64,000 bases of DNA from Thermoplasmata archaeon (GCA_021817415.1 JAKAUZ010000013.1:4376-68375), one strand, 5' to 3'. Positions 46,525 through 57,949 are shown, numbered from the stretch's first letter. The notes: generated by a model from the letters alone, not told the origin. A program made the numbers and translations.

Positions 46525-47642
46525 ACGACTCAAGATGGGAAAGGATCACCAATCTGGTCGGGTTCAGCGGAAGCGAATGTTTTCAATGCGGAGTGTGTAC
46601 GGCGACCTGTCCTCTGGGATTCATGGGAGAAGAGACCATAGATACCCGTAACATTCTGAGAAGGGCGCAGATTGGCGCGGAACTCCCGGATAGCGTTTGG
46701 AAATGCTCTACCTGCAGACTATGTGAGGAATCTTGTCCCAGGGATGTTGATATTGTAAATGTAGTACTGGGGCTGAGAGAGCTGGAATTTCAAGATAGGA
46801 AGGCACCTGAAAGAATAGAGAAACTTGTGTGGGATATATATGAGGATGGGAATCCATGGGGAGGGAAGAAGGGAGACAGAAATAAGTGGGCAGAAGGTTT
46901 GGAAATAAAGGATGCTAGTAAAGGGGTGGAAACGCTACTATTCGTGGGATGCGACGGTGCATACAATAAGGAACTCCACAAGTCGCTTCGCTCTCTTGCA
47001 GAAATCCTGAAGAAATCAGGAACAGATTTTGGTTTCCTAGGAAATGAAGAATCCTGCTGCGGCGAACCTGTCAGGGACGCAGGGGAAACGGGGTACCTAG
47101 ACGAGCTGGTAGAGAAAAACATATCACAGTTTGAGAGTACTAAGGCCAGGACTCTTGTGACATTCTCGCCACACTGCAGCAACATGTTCTCGACGATCTA
47201 CAAGAAAAAAGGGTTGAAGATGAAGGTAATGCATTATTCAGAATACTTAAATGAACTTGTCAGGGATGGGAAAATTACCATCAATTCTGAAATCAAGAAA
47301 AAAATAACAATTCACGACCCATGCTACCTCAGTAGATATGGAGGAGACTCGAAAGAGTTGAGGGAACTGGTCGTTAAGGTACCAGGAACTGAAATAGTGG
47401 AAATGGAAAATTCCGGTAAAAACAGCTTATGCTGCGGAGGTGGCGGGGACAGGATTTTCATGGATTTCGAAGGAAAGAGGCTTTCAGATTTCAGGATGGA
47501 ACAAGCAAAGAACACCGGTGCCGAGGTAGTCATAACCGCGTGCCCGATCTGCAACATGAATCTCTCAGACAGCAGGAAGGTAAATGGAATAAAAATGGAA
47601 ATTATGGAACTTTCCGAATTCCTGAAGGGGGGAACGGAATGA
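46515..47642 (+). CDS. HdrD-like Fe-S protein (HdrC-type 2x[4Fe-4S] plus two HdrB-type CCG domains). Start uncertain.
   Basis: CFQCGVCTATCP and CSTCRLCEESCP, then CCGEP and LCCGGGG CCG motifs. The first canonical start (GTG at 46593) lies inside the first cluster motif. In-frame candidates are ATC at 46515 and ATA at 46521. Confidence 0.75.
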   Translation: MEIDDSRWERITNLVGFSGSECFQCGVCTATCPLGFMGEETIDTRNILRRAQIGAELPDSVWKCSTCRLCEESCPRDVDIVNVVLGLRELEFQDRKAPERIEKLVWDIYEDGNPWGGKKGDRNKWAEGLEIKDASKGVETLLFVGCDGAYNKELHKSLRSLAEILKKSGTDFGFLGNEESCCGEPVRDAGETGYLDELVEKNISQFESTKARTLVTFSPHCSNMFSTIYKKKGLKMKVMHYSEYLNELVRDGKITINSEIKKKITIHDPCYLSRYGGDSKELRELVVKVPGTEIVEMENSGKNSLCCGGGGDRIFMDFEGKRLSDFRMEQAKNTGAEVVITACPICNMNLSDSRKVNGIKMEIMELSEFLKGGTE

Positions 47643-48613
47643 CAAGGAAGGAGATATGGGTCTATATTGAGAGGAACAACTCAGGTGTTGAAGACGTGTC
47701 ATTGGAAATATTAGGCAAAGGAACTGAATTGTCAAATATTTCTGGGTACATACTGGTCGGACTGATTGCCGGTACTCCAGAAAAGAAGTTGATAGACCTC
47801 GTGATAGAACACGGGGCAGACAGAGTTGCACTACTTAAGAATGAAATGTTGAATGAATATTCTACTGACTATTTTGTAAATGCAATTTCTGAATATATAA
47901 AGAACGATCCTCCGGAAGTTATGCTGATAGGAGCAACGCAAAATGGAAGGGACCTAGCAGGGAGACTGGCAGGTAGATTGAAGACTGGCCTAACTGCAAA
48001 TGCCATTACTCTATCAATTGACCGTGAAGGGATGCTCCTGGCAGGAGTTCCTGCATATGGTGGAAAAATTCTCGCTGAAATTGGCTGTGAATACGGGAGA
48101 CCGCAAATGTCAACCGTACGTCCAGGAACATTTAAGATGAAAGAAGTGAAGAATAAAAAAGGGGAGGTTGATGAATTCATTCCAAATTTATCTGCTATCA
48201 GACAGAGAGTGAGAATTGTAGAAAGAAATGTGAGCGAAGTGAACGATCTAACAAGATCTGAAAGGACAATCATCGGAGGTAACGGAACCAGAGGTGACCT
48301 GACACTGCTAAAGGAATTGGCTCAATTGATGAATGCTGAGATAGGGGTCACAAGACCTCTAGCAGACAGAGGGGTAGCCCCGAGGGAGTTGCAGGTGGGT
48401 TCGACGGGCTACTCTCTGAAAAGCAAAATCGCGTTGGTGCTTGGAGTCAGCGGGTCGGAACATTTCACTTCTGGGATAAGAGACTGTGAGGAGGTCATTG
48501 CAATTGACGTGGACGAGAAATCAGAAATTTTCAACCACTGTGACTATTGTATGGTAGGGGATATTTTCGAGGTGCTTCCGCTGACAATAAAGAAAATGGA
48601 GGAAACTAGATGA
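47639..48613 (+). CDS. etfA: Electron transfer flavoprotein alpha (large) subunit
   Basis: C-terminal FAD-binding pattern LGVSGSEHFTSGI...VIAIDVDEKSEIF..CDYCMVGD. ATGA overlap with the upstream gene. The tracker extension to 47429 is out of context. Confidence 0.88.
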   Translation: MTRKEIWVYIERNNSGVEDVSLEILGKGTELSNISGYILVGLIAGTPEKKLIDLVIEHGADRVALLKNEMLNEYSTDYFVNAISEYIKNDPPEVMLIGATQNGRDLAGRLAGRLKTGLTANAITLSIDREGMLLAGVPAYGGKILAEIGCEYGRPQMSTVRPGTFKMKEVKNKKGEVDEFIPNLSAIRQRVRIVERNVSEVNDLTRSERTIIGGNGTRGDLTLLKELAQLMNAEIGVTRPLADRGVAPRELQVGSTGYSLKSKIALVLGVSGSEHFTSGIRDCEEVIAIDVDEKSEIFNHCDYCMVGDIFEVLPLTIKKMEETR

Positions 48614-49395
48614 AAAACATCATTGTTTGCGTCAAGGTGGTACCTAAATCCGACAATATAATTTTTGACCCGGTAAACAAGAGACTTGACCGTACTAAGG
48701 CAGAAAACCAGATCAACGCAGCAGACAAGAGTGCAATTGAAACTGCTCTAAGAATAAGAGAGAGAGTCGGTGGAAAAATAACATTACTTTCAATGGGACC
48801 CCCTTTCTTTGAACCGTTCCTGAAATTAGGAATAGCTATGGGGGTTGACGAGGCAATCCTTCTTTCGGATAGAAATTTTGGTGGTGCAGATACTTTCCCC
48901 ACAGCGTTAGTACTCGCAACAGCTATCAAGAAAATTGGGAACGTAGATCTAGTGCTGACAGGTGAAGAATCATCAGATGCCGGACTTGGGCAAGTACCGT
49001 CACAGATAGCAGAATTTCTGGATTTCCCCCAGGTCCTTTTTGCTTCCACCACTGACATATCTGGAGGTACGTTGATCGCCAGAAGGTCAATAAAAGGAGG
49101 TTATGAGATCTTAGAATCAGATTTGCCGGCTGTTGTAAGTGTAGTTCTGGGAGCATATCAACCCAGATTTCCAGACTTTAAGAAGAAGAAATGGGCTGAC
49201 AATAATTACAAGGTCAAAGTTTGGAACGGGGAAGATCTGCAACTGAGCGAATCAGTCACAGGCATCAAAGGATCTTTCACCACGGTGAAGAGACTGGTAG
49301 AGATTCCCCAGTCATCAAGGAAGAAAATTATCATAGATGGAACGCCAGAAGAGAAATCATCAAAACTGGTTGAGATTTTAAGAAAGGCAAAATAG
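48610..49395 (+). CDS. etfB: Electron transfer flavoprotein beta (small) subunit
   Basis: MKNIIVCVKVVP...INAADKSAIETALRI...LLSMGP pattern. ATGA overlap with etfA. Confidence 0.88.
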   Translation: MKNIIVCVKVVPKSDNIIFDPVNKRLDRTKAENQINAADKSAIETALRIRERVGGKITLLSMGPPFFEPFLKLGIAMGVDEAILLSDRNFGGADTFPTALVLATAIKKIGNVDLVLTGEESSDAGLGQVPSQIAEFLDFPQVLFASTTDISGGTLIARRSIKGGYEILESDLPAVVSVVLGAYQPRFPDFKKKKWADNNYKVKVWNGEDLQLSESVTGIKGSFTTVKRLVEIPQSSRKKIIIDGTPEEKSSKLVEILRKAK

Positions 49396-49414
49396 AAGAA
49401 AATATGAATTAATT

Positions 49415-49843
49415 TCACTTTCTCTTTGCTACTGAAATGGCTCCAGCGGGACATGCGGCCACGCAGGCATTACACAAAATACAATCTTTCTCTCCCACAG
49501 GGTCTGCCTTATCGGTTCTGTAAGTATCCCAGAGTAGAGTTCCGCGTTCAATCGGTCTGTCATTTCCCTTTCCCCGTTTACCCGGATTCAGAGCCCATTC
49601 GAATCCGTTCATCGGGCAGGCTTCCATGCAGGATCCATCGGCAATGCAGCTATCCCAATCAACGGCAACATTCACACCATGAATCCCTAATCGTGTAGGA
49701 TACGGTTTGTTTTCTTCATCAAACCTCACTTTACCTTCCGCCCTTACCTCGTGCCCATTGTGCATTCCCGTTATTGGATATTGGTCCGGAAGATCGAAAA
49801 AATTTTCATCAATTGCCCTTGGTGGGTAATCAACTTTTTCCAT
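49415..49843 (-). CDS. Zinc-containing 7Fe (dicluster) ferredoxin, Sulfolobus/Thermoplasma type, copy 1
   Basis: N-terminal extension with His ligand candidates (TGMHNGHEV, IHGV) plus the CIADGSCMEACP and CILCNACVAACP motifs. Confidence 0.85.
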   Translation of the reverse strand: MEKVDYPPRAIDENFFDLPDQYPITGMHNGHEVRAEGKVRFDEENKPYPTRLGIHGVNVAVDWDSCIADGSCMEACPMNGFEWALNPGKRGKGNDRPIERGTLLWDTYRTDKADPVGEKDCILCNACVAACPAGAISVAKRK

Positions 49844-50040
49844 GAATTATACTATGTCTTTGGTCGTACTAATAAATTTCTCACATTTAATCTTACTAAG
49901 ATTTCAAAATTGGGTCGATTCCATCATTTCTCTGAAAATTTCAGTGCAAGGAAGTTTACGCCTTCAGGGGCGAGTCTATCTATAATCAACTCCCACGTCT
50001 TAAATATTCATTTTGCTGGAATAACCCCCGTTCATTTCTA

Positions 50041-50751
50041 TTACTTGTTTTCCTGACCACATCCCTGGCACCAAAGATAGAAATCCAGAAAATCTATTTC
50101 TTCCTGGAGAATCATATTCTCAAATCCTGTAAGATCGAATCTTCTTTTCCTATGATAAGGGACGACCGTTAGCTCCTTTGCGTTAGCCAGAACCAATTTC
50201 ATCATATCGTCTGCATCTACCTTAATTCCTTTTAGCACAATTCCCTCTCCATTTGAACTGATTTTAAGAGGAAGGGTAATTGAGGATAATAGTAGATGCG
50301 GCTCCTTGTCATCAATCACAATTTTTGAATTTTCAGAATGGAAAACTTCGTCGCACAGGAGCGCAAGGAAGAGGCCATTATTAATTGCGGTTCCATTAAT
50401 CGCTGCAAAAATGGGCTTCTCCAGAGAGATGAAGAAAAGGATCAAATTTTTAAGGCTTTCATAATAGTCTCTCAAGTCAGCATATGTCCTGGATTGAGGA
50501 AGTGAAAGACCTTTTGAAAATATAAAGTTCGAACCAGTCAGCACCAAGGATTTGACGCTGTCGTCAACAGCCGCTATTGACAGAACGCTTATCAGTTCGT
50601 GAACTAAACTCTTATCAATTGTACCTGGGGAGAGTATTGTTACTATGCCCACAGGGCCCTCTCTCCAAAAAGAAATTTTGGAGTACCCATCTACTTTTGG
50701 TGCCTTCGCAGTATTACCAACTATATCGCCGCTCACAAAAATTGAATTCAT
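50041..50751 (-). CDS. Enoyl-CoA hydratase/isomerase (crotonase) superfamily protein
   Basis: LVLTGSNFIFSKG...EKPIFAAINGTAINNGLFLALLCD oxyanion-hole pattern. Confidence 0.55.
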   Translation of the reverse strand: MNSIFVSGDIVGNTAKAPKVDGYSKISFWREGPVGIVTILSPGTIDKSLVHELISVLSIAAVDDSVKSLVLTGSNFIFSKGLSLPQSRTYADLRDYYESLKNLILFFISLEKPIFAAINGTAINNGLFLALLCDEVFHSENSKIVIDDKEPHLLLSSITLPLKISSNGEGIVLKGIKVDADDMMKLVLANAKELTVVPYHRKRRFDLTGFENMILQEEIDFLDFYLWCQGCGQENK

Positions 50752-50980
50752 CTGAACTATAATACCTTTGTATACCGCACAAGAAGGATCAATAATATCA
50801 AAATAATTATGTATTTATCGGGATTTATCGGCAAACCAGAAACCTAATATAGGGGCTTGCCTTTACTTTTCTTTGCCGTTAAATGCGACAGATCAGATAG
50901 TCCTTAGGGATGACATGATGACCTGATTCCTGAACGGCGAAATGAATGAGGGTTCGAGGAATAATAAAGCTCGAATCTGA

Positions 50981-50993
50981 GATGGGAAGAGAT
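50981..50993 (+). other. 5' strand of the 16S rRNA processing stem
   Basis: gatgggaagagat is the exact reverse complement of 52522-52534. Flanking bases pair imperfectly, so this is a possible bulge-helix-bulge site. Confidence 0.7.
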
Positions 50994-51037
50994 AGTCCAT
51001 TCCGCAATCCAAAAATATATTTACGGTAGAATCAACA

Positions 51038-52510
<1,473 letters not shown>

Positions 52511-52521
52511 AAGTAGGAATG

Positions 52522-52534
52522 ATCTCTTCCCATC
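52522..52534 (+). other. 3' strand of the 16S rRNA processing stem
   Basis: atctcttcccatc pairs with 50981-50993. Confidence 0.7.
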
Positions 52535-52535
52535 A

Positions 52536-52555
52536 GAATTCTTTTTTTTGAATTC
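52536..52555 (+). terminator. Candidate rRNA terminator: gaattc-T8-gaattc palindrome
   Basis: A run of eight T (52542-52549) flanked by self-complementary gaattc. Oligo-T is the archaeal termination signal. Confidence 0.55.
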
Positions 52556-52713
52556 ATGCCATTTAACATGTCTCTTTAGATACGCATATTCTGCGTTTGA
52601 ATTCCTCAATAGAGGTTAACTGAAAGGACTTGAGGGTTATTTTCATTAAAGACTTTACATATTAGATCGTGGAAAAACTTTTAGTCCCATGTCAATTCTC
52701 AATTGGTGCATTT

Positions 52714-53733
52714 ATGGTAAATGTTGGAATCAATGGGTATGGCACAATCGGTAAGAGAGTCGCGGATGCAGTCAGCCTGCAACCGGACATGAAAGTTATG
52801 GGAATAGTAAAGGCACATCCTGACTACATGGCTTTCGTCGCGAGCAAGAAGTTCAAGATATTTATCTCAGATTCAAAGTCAAAGAAATTGTTTGAAGATG
52901 CAGGAATAAAAGTTGAGGGAACAATGGAGAATCTAGTAGATGATTCTGAGATAATTGTAGATGCCACGCCTGACGACGTAGGGAAGCTCAATAAGCCTTT
53001 TTATGAAACTCATAAAAAGAAAGCAATTTTTCAAGGAGGGGAAGATCACGACCTCACAAATCTTTCATTTAACTCATATGCTAATTTCAAGGATGCCTGG
53101 GGGGCAAGTTATGTTAGAGTGGTTTCATGTAACACAACTGGGCTAATTCGAACAATATTTCCTTTGACGGAACTGGGGAAAGTCAGAGTTAGAGCAAATC
53201 TTGTAAGAAGAGCGACAGATCCGAATGATCATAAAAAGGGTCCTATCAACTCAATTGAACCTGATCTAAAAATTCCCTCACATCACGGACCTGATGTTAG
53301 ATCTGTGATCAAAGACCTGGACATTCAAACTATGGCAGTGAAAGTTCCATCAACTCTCATGCACGTACATTTTGTGAACGTCACATTTGATAAAGAAGTA
53401 TCCAGAGATGATATCATAGAGAACTGGAGGAGGTATAGGAGATTGATGTTTGTTTCAGGGAAAGACGAGGTGAAAAGTACCTCCCAATTAATGGAGATTG
53501 CAAGGGAAACGGGTAGAATGAGATCTGACCTCTACGAAATAGTTCTGTGGAAAGAAGCAATAAGTTTGAAGGGAAGTGAACTCTTTTACTATCAGGGAAT
53601 TCACCAAGAATCAGACGTTGTCCCAGAGAATATTGATGCAATAAGATCTATGATGCAATTGAAGGAGAAAGAGGATAGTATAAATGAGACAGATAAATCA
53701 CTCAGGATAGGGGAGTTAGCTTATGGCAGATAA
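52714..53733 (+). CDS. gap: Glyceraldehyde-3-phosphate dehydrogenase (archaeal type)
   Basis: [21 protein letters not shown]-terminus and the VVSCNTTGL catalytic Cys motif. ATG at 52714. Confidence 0.92.
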   Translation: MVNVGINGYGTIGKRVADAVSLQPDMKVMGIVKAHPDYMAFVASKKFKIFISDSKSKKLFEDAGIKVEGTMENLVDDSEIIVDATPDDVGKLNKPFYETHKKKAIFQGGEDHDLTNLSFNSYANFKDAWGASYVRVVSCNTTGLIRTIFPLTELGKVRVRANLVRRATDPNDHKKGPINSIEPDLKIPSHHGPDVRSVIKDLDIQTMAVKVPSTLMHVHFVNVTFDKEVSRDDIIENWRRYRRLMFVSGKDEVKSTSQLMEIARETGRMRSDLYEIVLWKEAISLKGSELFYYQGIHQESDVVPENIDAIRSMMQLKEKEDSINETDKSLRIGELAYGR

Positions 53734-54682
53734 GGCAAAGAAGGCAAAGGAAATAGAAGATTTACCCGGGGTAGGGGAATCAATAGCCGAAAAATTGAAG
53801 GAAGCAGGCTACCAGGACATTATGAGTCTAGCAGTTGCATCTCCGAAAGACGTATCTGATGCTGCAGAAATTGGTGAAAACGTGGCAGCAAAGATTATAA
53901 TCGCTGCGCGTAAGGCTGCAGACATTGGGAATTTTGAATCTGGGGACGTACTTCTAGAGAAAAGGAAGGAGATCAAGAAACTGACCACCTTATCAAAAAC
54001 ACTTGATGAACTTCTTGGGGGCGGAATTGAGACTAGTGCCATCACAGAGTTTTTTGGTGAATTTGCCTCTGGCAAGACACAGATAATGCATCAGCTTGCT
54101 GTCAACGCGACCCTTCCGCTTGAAAAGGGAGGTCTGGATGGTCACGTTCTGTTTATCGACACGGAAAATACTTTCAGGCCGGAAAGAATCGTTCAGATGT
54201 CAAAGCATCTGGAGCTCGATCCGACAGAAGTACTCAAGAAGATTCACGTTGCACGAGCTTATAACTCAAGTCACCAAATCCTTCTTGTCGAGAAAGCCTA
54301 TGAGCTGACGGATAAATTCCCCGTAAAATTGCTTATTGTGGATTCACTGACTGCACATTTCAGGGCGGAGTACGCTGGGAGAGGGACTCTTGCTGAAAGA
54401 CAGCAACTCCTGAACAAGCATATGCACGATCTCCTCAGGTTTGGAGATATTTATAACGCAGCCATAGCCGTAACAAACCAGGTAGCAGCAAGACCTGACG
54501 TTTTTTTCGGGGATCCAACCACGTCGGTTGGCGGTAACATAGTTGGTCATGCATCTACCTACAGGGTATATCTAAGGAAATCCAAGGGAGGAAAAAGAAT
54601 AGCAAGACTTATCGACTCACCACATTTGCCAGAGGGGGAAGCTGTAATTATCGTATCCCAGGATGGAGTCGCTGATGGTTAG
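53723..54682 (+). CDS. radA: DNA repair and recombination protein RadA
   Basis: N-terminal HhH ([17 protein letters not shown]), Walker [10 protein letters not shown], Walker B LLIVDS. Confidence 0.95.
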   Translation: MADKAKKAKEIEDLPGVGESIAEKLKEAGYQDIMSLAVASPKDVSDAAEIGENVAAKIIIAARKAADIGNFESGDVLLEKRKEIKKLTTLSKTLDELLGGGIETSAITEFFGEFASGKTQIMHQLAVNATLPLEKGGLDGHVLFIDTENTFRPERIVQMSKHLELDPTEVLKKIHVARAYNSSHQILLVEKAYELTDKFPVKLLIVDSLTAHFRAEYAGRGTLAERQQLLNKHMHDLLRFGDIYNAAIAVTNQVAARPDVFFGDPTTSVGGNIVGHASTYRVYLRKSKGGKRIARLIDSPHLPEGEAVIIVSQDGVADG

Positions 54683-54684
54683 TC

Positions 54685-55275
54685 TCAATATATGATTGGG
54701 ACAAATGCAACATCAGCTATTATTTCCTCCTTCCTATTTCTGTAATAGATCATCCTTTGAGGTGGGTAACTGCCGATAGGATATATCAATCTGGCATCTT
54801 GTTTCATCAACGCATACAGGAATGTAGGTTTTTTGGAAAAGCTTGCAGTTGATATGATCAGGTCAAATTTCTTGCGAATGCAAAAATCGTTAATGTTGCA
54901 ACCCACAAGTTCGATATTGTCCCTTTTATACTTGGATATATTCTTCTTTGCCCACCTGATCATCTCCTCAAAGTATTCAACGGAAAGGACCTTGGAAGCC
55001 ATGAATGATAGAATCGTGGTGAAATAACCACTCCCTGTCCCAATCTCAAGAACATCATCATTGACATTTGTCTTTGCCCATTCGGCCATTATTGCGTCCA
55101 TATGCGGTGCTGATTGAGTCTGTCCCATCGCAAGCTCAATGGGTTCGTCCATTTCAGAAAAATTCTTCCATTGATCCGGAAGAAAATCTTTCCTGTCTAT
55201 GTGATTGAATACTTCTATAATTTTAGGGTCCTTGAGATAACCATCATTCTTTAGCTTATTTCCCCATAAAGTCAA
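54685..55275 (-). CDS. pcm: Protein-L-isoaspartate O-methyltransferase
   Basis: QSAPHMDAIM and VLEIGTGSGYFTTIL SAM-binding motifs. Confidence 0.78.
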   Translation of the reverse strand: MTLWGNKLKNDGYLKDPKIIEVFNHIDRKDFLPDQWKNFSEMDEPIELAMGQTQSAPHMDAIMAEWAKTNVNDDVLEIGTGSGYFTTILSFMASKVLSVEYFEEMIRWAKKNISKYKRDNIELVGCNINDFCIRKKFDLIISTASFSKKPTFLYALMKQDARLIYPIGSYPPQRMIYYRNRKEEIIADVAFVPIIY

Positions 55276-56684
55276 AATTTCACCAAATCGAAAGACAAAT
55301 CGGAAGTATTTATCATTGTCCCTATGCTCGGCTTTGGATTAAAATTCATCATTTTCTGGTAATCCGTCTGCGCCTGAAATGTAGATGCATTCACTGTTAT
55401 TATCCCCTTGTGCGTCGAGGCCGAATGGTCATGTATGTGTCCAGTTATGAATACATCTGGAACAGGGTCCATAACATAGAAATCCCTCTTCAATGGTATG
55501 AATGAGAGGTTCTTCCCATAAATTGGGGCAATATGGCTTCTTTTAAGCATTTCTTTCATTACTTTATCCGAATCATTAAGCGAGGTTCCTGGCATGGATT
55601 CTAAAAAGTCCATAATTGAAGTACCGTGATACAGGAGGAACGTTCTTTTCCCTATATCAACCCAGACTGGATTTGAAAGTGATACCACATTCGGGGGGAA
55701 GAGATTGTTTATTTCTGGAGGGAGGGGATTCTGAGGTTCCGTCGGGTAAACTATGTCGTGGTTACCGGGAATGATAATTACCCTCACATTTCTGTTAATC
55801 AATGAAATCAATTCAGCAAGTCGCTTGTACTGCTTGATTATATCAGGGATTTCCAGCTCCTTTTCCTGATCGGGATAAATACCGATCCCATCTACCAAAT
55901 CCCCATTCATGATCAGGTAAGATATTGGCTCAGAATTGACGAAATCCACCATGTTCATGAAACTGTCGTGAAGGAAATTCTTTGATCCGACGTGGATATC
56001 CGAGACGACCAATACTTTAGGTCCAGTTGGAAATGTTTCAATGTGCTTTTCGGCTTCCGGTCTGATAATTGAATCGGCAAAAATTGCTTTTCTGTCATTC
56101 GCTAGAGACCCTGTTACGCCTATCACCTCATCCTGAAGTATGAGCTCCTGCATTCTAGGGTTCAGAATGATCTTTATTCTATCTTCTTTATCATCTAATT
56201 CTACAATTCTGTACCCCTTTTTGCTTGTAGATATATCTGAAACTGTACCGATGACGTCCACTCTTCCTTCAAGATTCTTGGCTCTGGCTATAGAAATAAA
56301 ATGATGGGAGACTGTCCTGCTCCTTATTTTTGAAGAGAGACTATCGTATCTGTCTCTGAATAGGTCGACGAAGCTATTGGAAACGCCTGGATAACCATCT
56401 AAATGGAACTCCTTCACAATCGAAAATTCATTGTCCACCGGTAAATTTTTTAAAGTAAATATTGGACTTGTGAAGTTCAGTTTAGGTTCAATTTTCTCCA
56501 GATAATCAATCCCTCCTCTTTTCTCAATTTCCCTGATAACCCTGTCCTCCACGAGGAAACCTTTCGTGAGGAAATATTTTTCTATGAGCTCACTCATTGA
56601 AGCAAAGATAATTTTGCTGAATAAATTCTTTCCTTTATTTCTGCAAATGAAAGAAAGTCTTTGAATAATGTTTGAGACTGACAT
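55272..56684 (-). CDS. DNA polymerase II (PolD) small subunit DP1
   Basis: Calcineurin-like phosphoesterase motifs VSDIHVGS, NGDLVDG, PGNHD and GHIHD behind an OB-like region. An alternative start is ATG at 56597 (MSELIEKYF). Confidence 0.85.
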   Translation of the reverse strand: MSVSNIIQRLSFICRNKGKNLFSKIIFASMSELIEKYFLTKGFLVEDRVIREIEKRGGIDYLEKIEPKLNFTSPIFTLKNLPVDNEFSIVKEFHLDGYPGVSNSFVDLFRDRYDSLSSKIRSRTVSHHFISIARAKNLEGRVDVIGTVSDISTSKKGYRIVELDDKEDRIKIILNPRMQELILQDEVIGVTGSLANDRKAIFADSIIRPEAEKHIETFPTGPKVLVVSDIHVGSKNFLHDSFMNMVDFVNSEPISYLIMNGDLVDGIGIYPDQEKELEIPDIIKQYKRLAELISLINRNVRVIIIPGNHDIVYPTEPQNPLPPEINNLFPPNVVSLSNPVWVDIGKRTFLLYHGTSIMDFLESMPGTSLNDSDKVMKEMLKRSHIAPIYGKNLSFIPLKRDFYVMDPVPDVFITGHIHDHSASTHKGIITVNASTFQAQTDYQKMMNFNPKPSIGTMINTSDLSFDLVKF

Positions 56685-56742
56685 CTATTCTGAGAAACGT
56701 TGAAATAAGGTCAGGTGATTAATTAGTTACTTAAAGATTCAA

Positions 56743-57912
56743 ATGAATCTGATCACAGCCATTTTGGCCATATTATTCGCATCTACGATATTAGGAGAGA
56801 TCACTCACAGGCTTGGAATTGAAAGAGTAGTTGGGAATCTTATCTCTGGCATTATAATTGGCCCTGCCGTCTTGAACATTATCCAGGTTACAAATCAGGT
56901 CAGTGCAATCGAAGATATTTCAATATTCTTCATCGTACTCCTCATCGGCATAGAAGTCACAACTGACCTTTTTGCCAAGAATATCAGGAACGCTGTACTG
57001 ATTTCAATAGGGACATTTCTTGTTCCTTTCCTTGTACTGATCACATCCACTGTTTTTGTATTCCATTATCCCGTCATCACCTCAGTCGCTCTGTCACTTT
57101 CAATCTCTGTCCCTTCAATCTCCATTGTTTCCGTGTTAGTGATGCAAAATAACCTCTTGAGCGATCAAGACGGGCACCTGATACTGCTAACTACTGTTCT
57201 AATAGACTTATTCTCGTTCGTATTTATTGCCTCTATAGGGAGAAGCCTTGCGTTAACTTTGAAGGTTCTCTTTGTGATTGCGGCCATACTTGCTTTTATA
57301 TTCATTCTCGATAAAACTCTCCTTCATTTTAAAGTTTCATTTGAGTCCCTCATATTCAGGAAAGTAAAAAGAATTGACGAGTTATCCATGACTATAATCA
57401 TCCTCTTTGCTTTGGTAATATCTTCGATATTTGTGTCTCTAAATCTGAGTTTCATACTCGGTGCATTTTTTGCAGGAATGCTTATCAGGGAGGAATTCCT
57501 TGGAAAGGATATCTACAAGAATATCACATCATCAATGAGAATTCTCAATAACACATTTTTCATCCCAATATTCTTCAGTATCGCAGGTTCTATAGAAGCA
57601 TTCCCCAGTCGAACGGGACTGATAGTCGTTGTGGTGGTGGTATCTATCGATGTCGTAGTATCCCTTTTACTGGATATCATAATCGCAAAAAGAATTGTCA
57701 AACCAGACAATATATTGAAGACAACAGGGATCCTGGGTGGAAGGGGGGCCGTAGGAATTGTAATCGCCACATATTCACTTTCAAGAGGTTTAATCAATTC
57801 ATCTGTTTACTCCATCGTTATACTTGCAACAATTGCAATTTCAATTGCATCTTCTTCACTGGTGAAAATGCACCTTCATAAAGAGAAATTGGGCAACGAA
57901 GATGTCAATTGA
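56743..57912 (+). CDS. Cation:proton antiporter (CPA2/Kef-NapA type)
   Basis: About 12 TM helices. The N-terminus ILGEITHRLGIERVVGNLISGIIIGPAVL is typical of Na+(K+)/H+ exchangers. Confidence 0.8.
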   Translation: MNLITAILAILFASTILGEITHRLGIERVVGNLISGIIIGPAVLNIIQVTNQVSAIEDISIFFIVLLIGIEVTTDLFAKNIRNAVLISIGTFLVPFLVLITSTVFVFHYPVITSVALSLSISVPSISIVSVLVMQNNLLSDQDGHLILLTTVLIDLFSFVFIASIGRSLALTLKVLFVIAAILAFIFILDKTLLHFKVSFESLIFRKVKRIDELSMTIIILFALVISSIFVSLNLSFILGAFFAGMLIREEFLGKDIYKNITSSMRILNNTFFIPIFFSIAGSIEAFPSRTGLIVVVVVVSIDVVVSLLLDIIIAKRIVKPDNILKTTGILGGRGAVGIVIATYSLSRGLINSSVYSIVILATIAISIASSSLVKMHLHKEKLGNEDVN

Positions 57913-57949
57913 CACTAAGTTAAGAAATTTAGCTCTAACTGGCCATGTA

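Noticed and set aside
46515-46530. Stop-codon readthrough or recoding that would join the HdrA-like and HdrD-like proteins
   Set aside because: The two ORFs are in different frames (the TAG at 46522 is in frame 1, while hdrD-like is in frame 0). Translation after the TAG in the HdrA frame is meaningless and stops again after 42 codons.
50925-50981. C/D-box sRNA-like arrangement in the 16S leader (atgatga ... ctga ... tgaatga ... ctga)
   Set aside because: The spacings are wrong: 8 nt between C and D', and 27 nt between C' and D, instead of about 12. The C' box is also imperfect. It is more likely part of the pre-rRNA leader.
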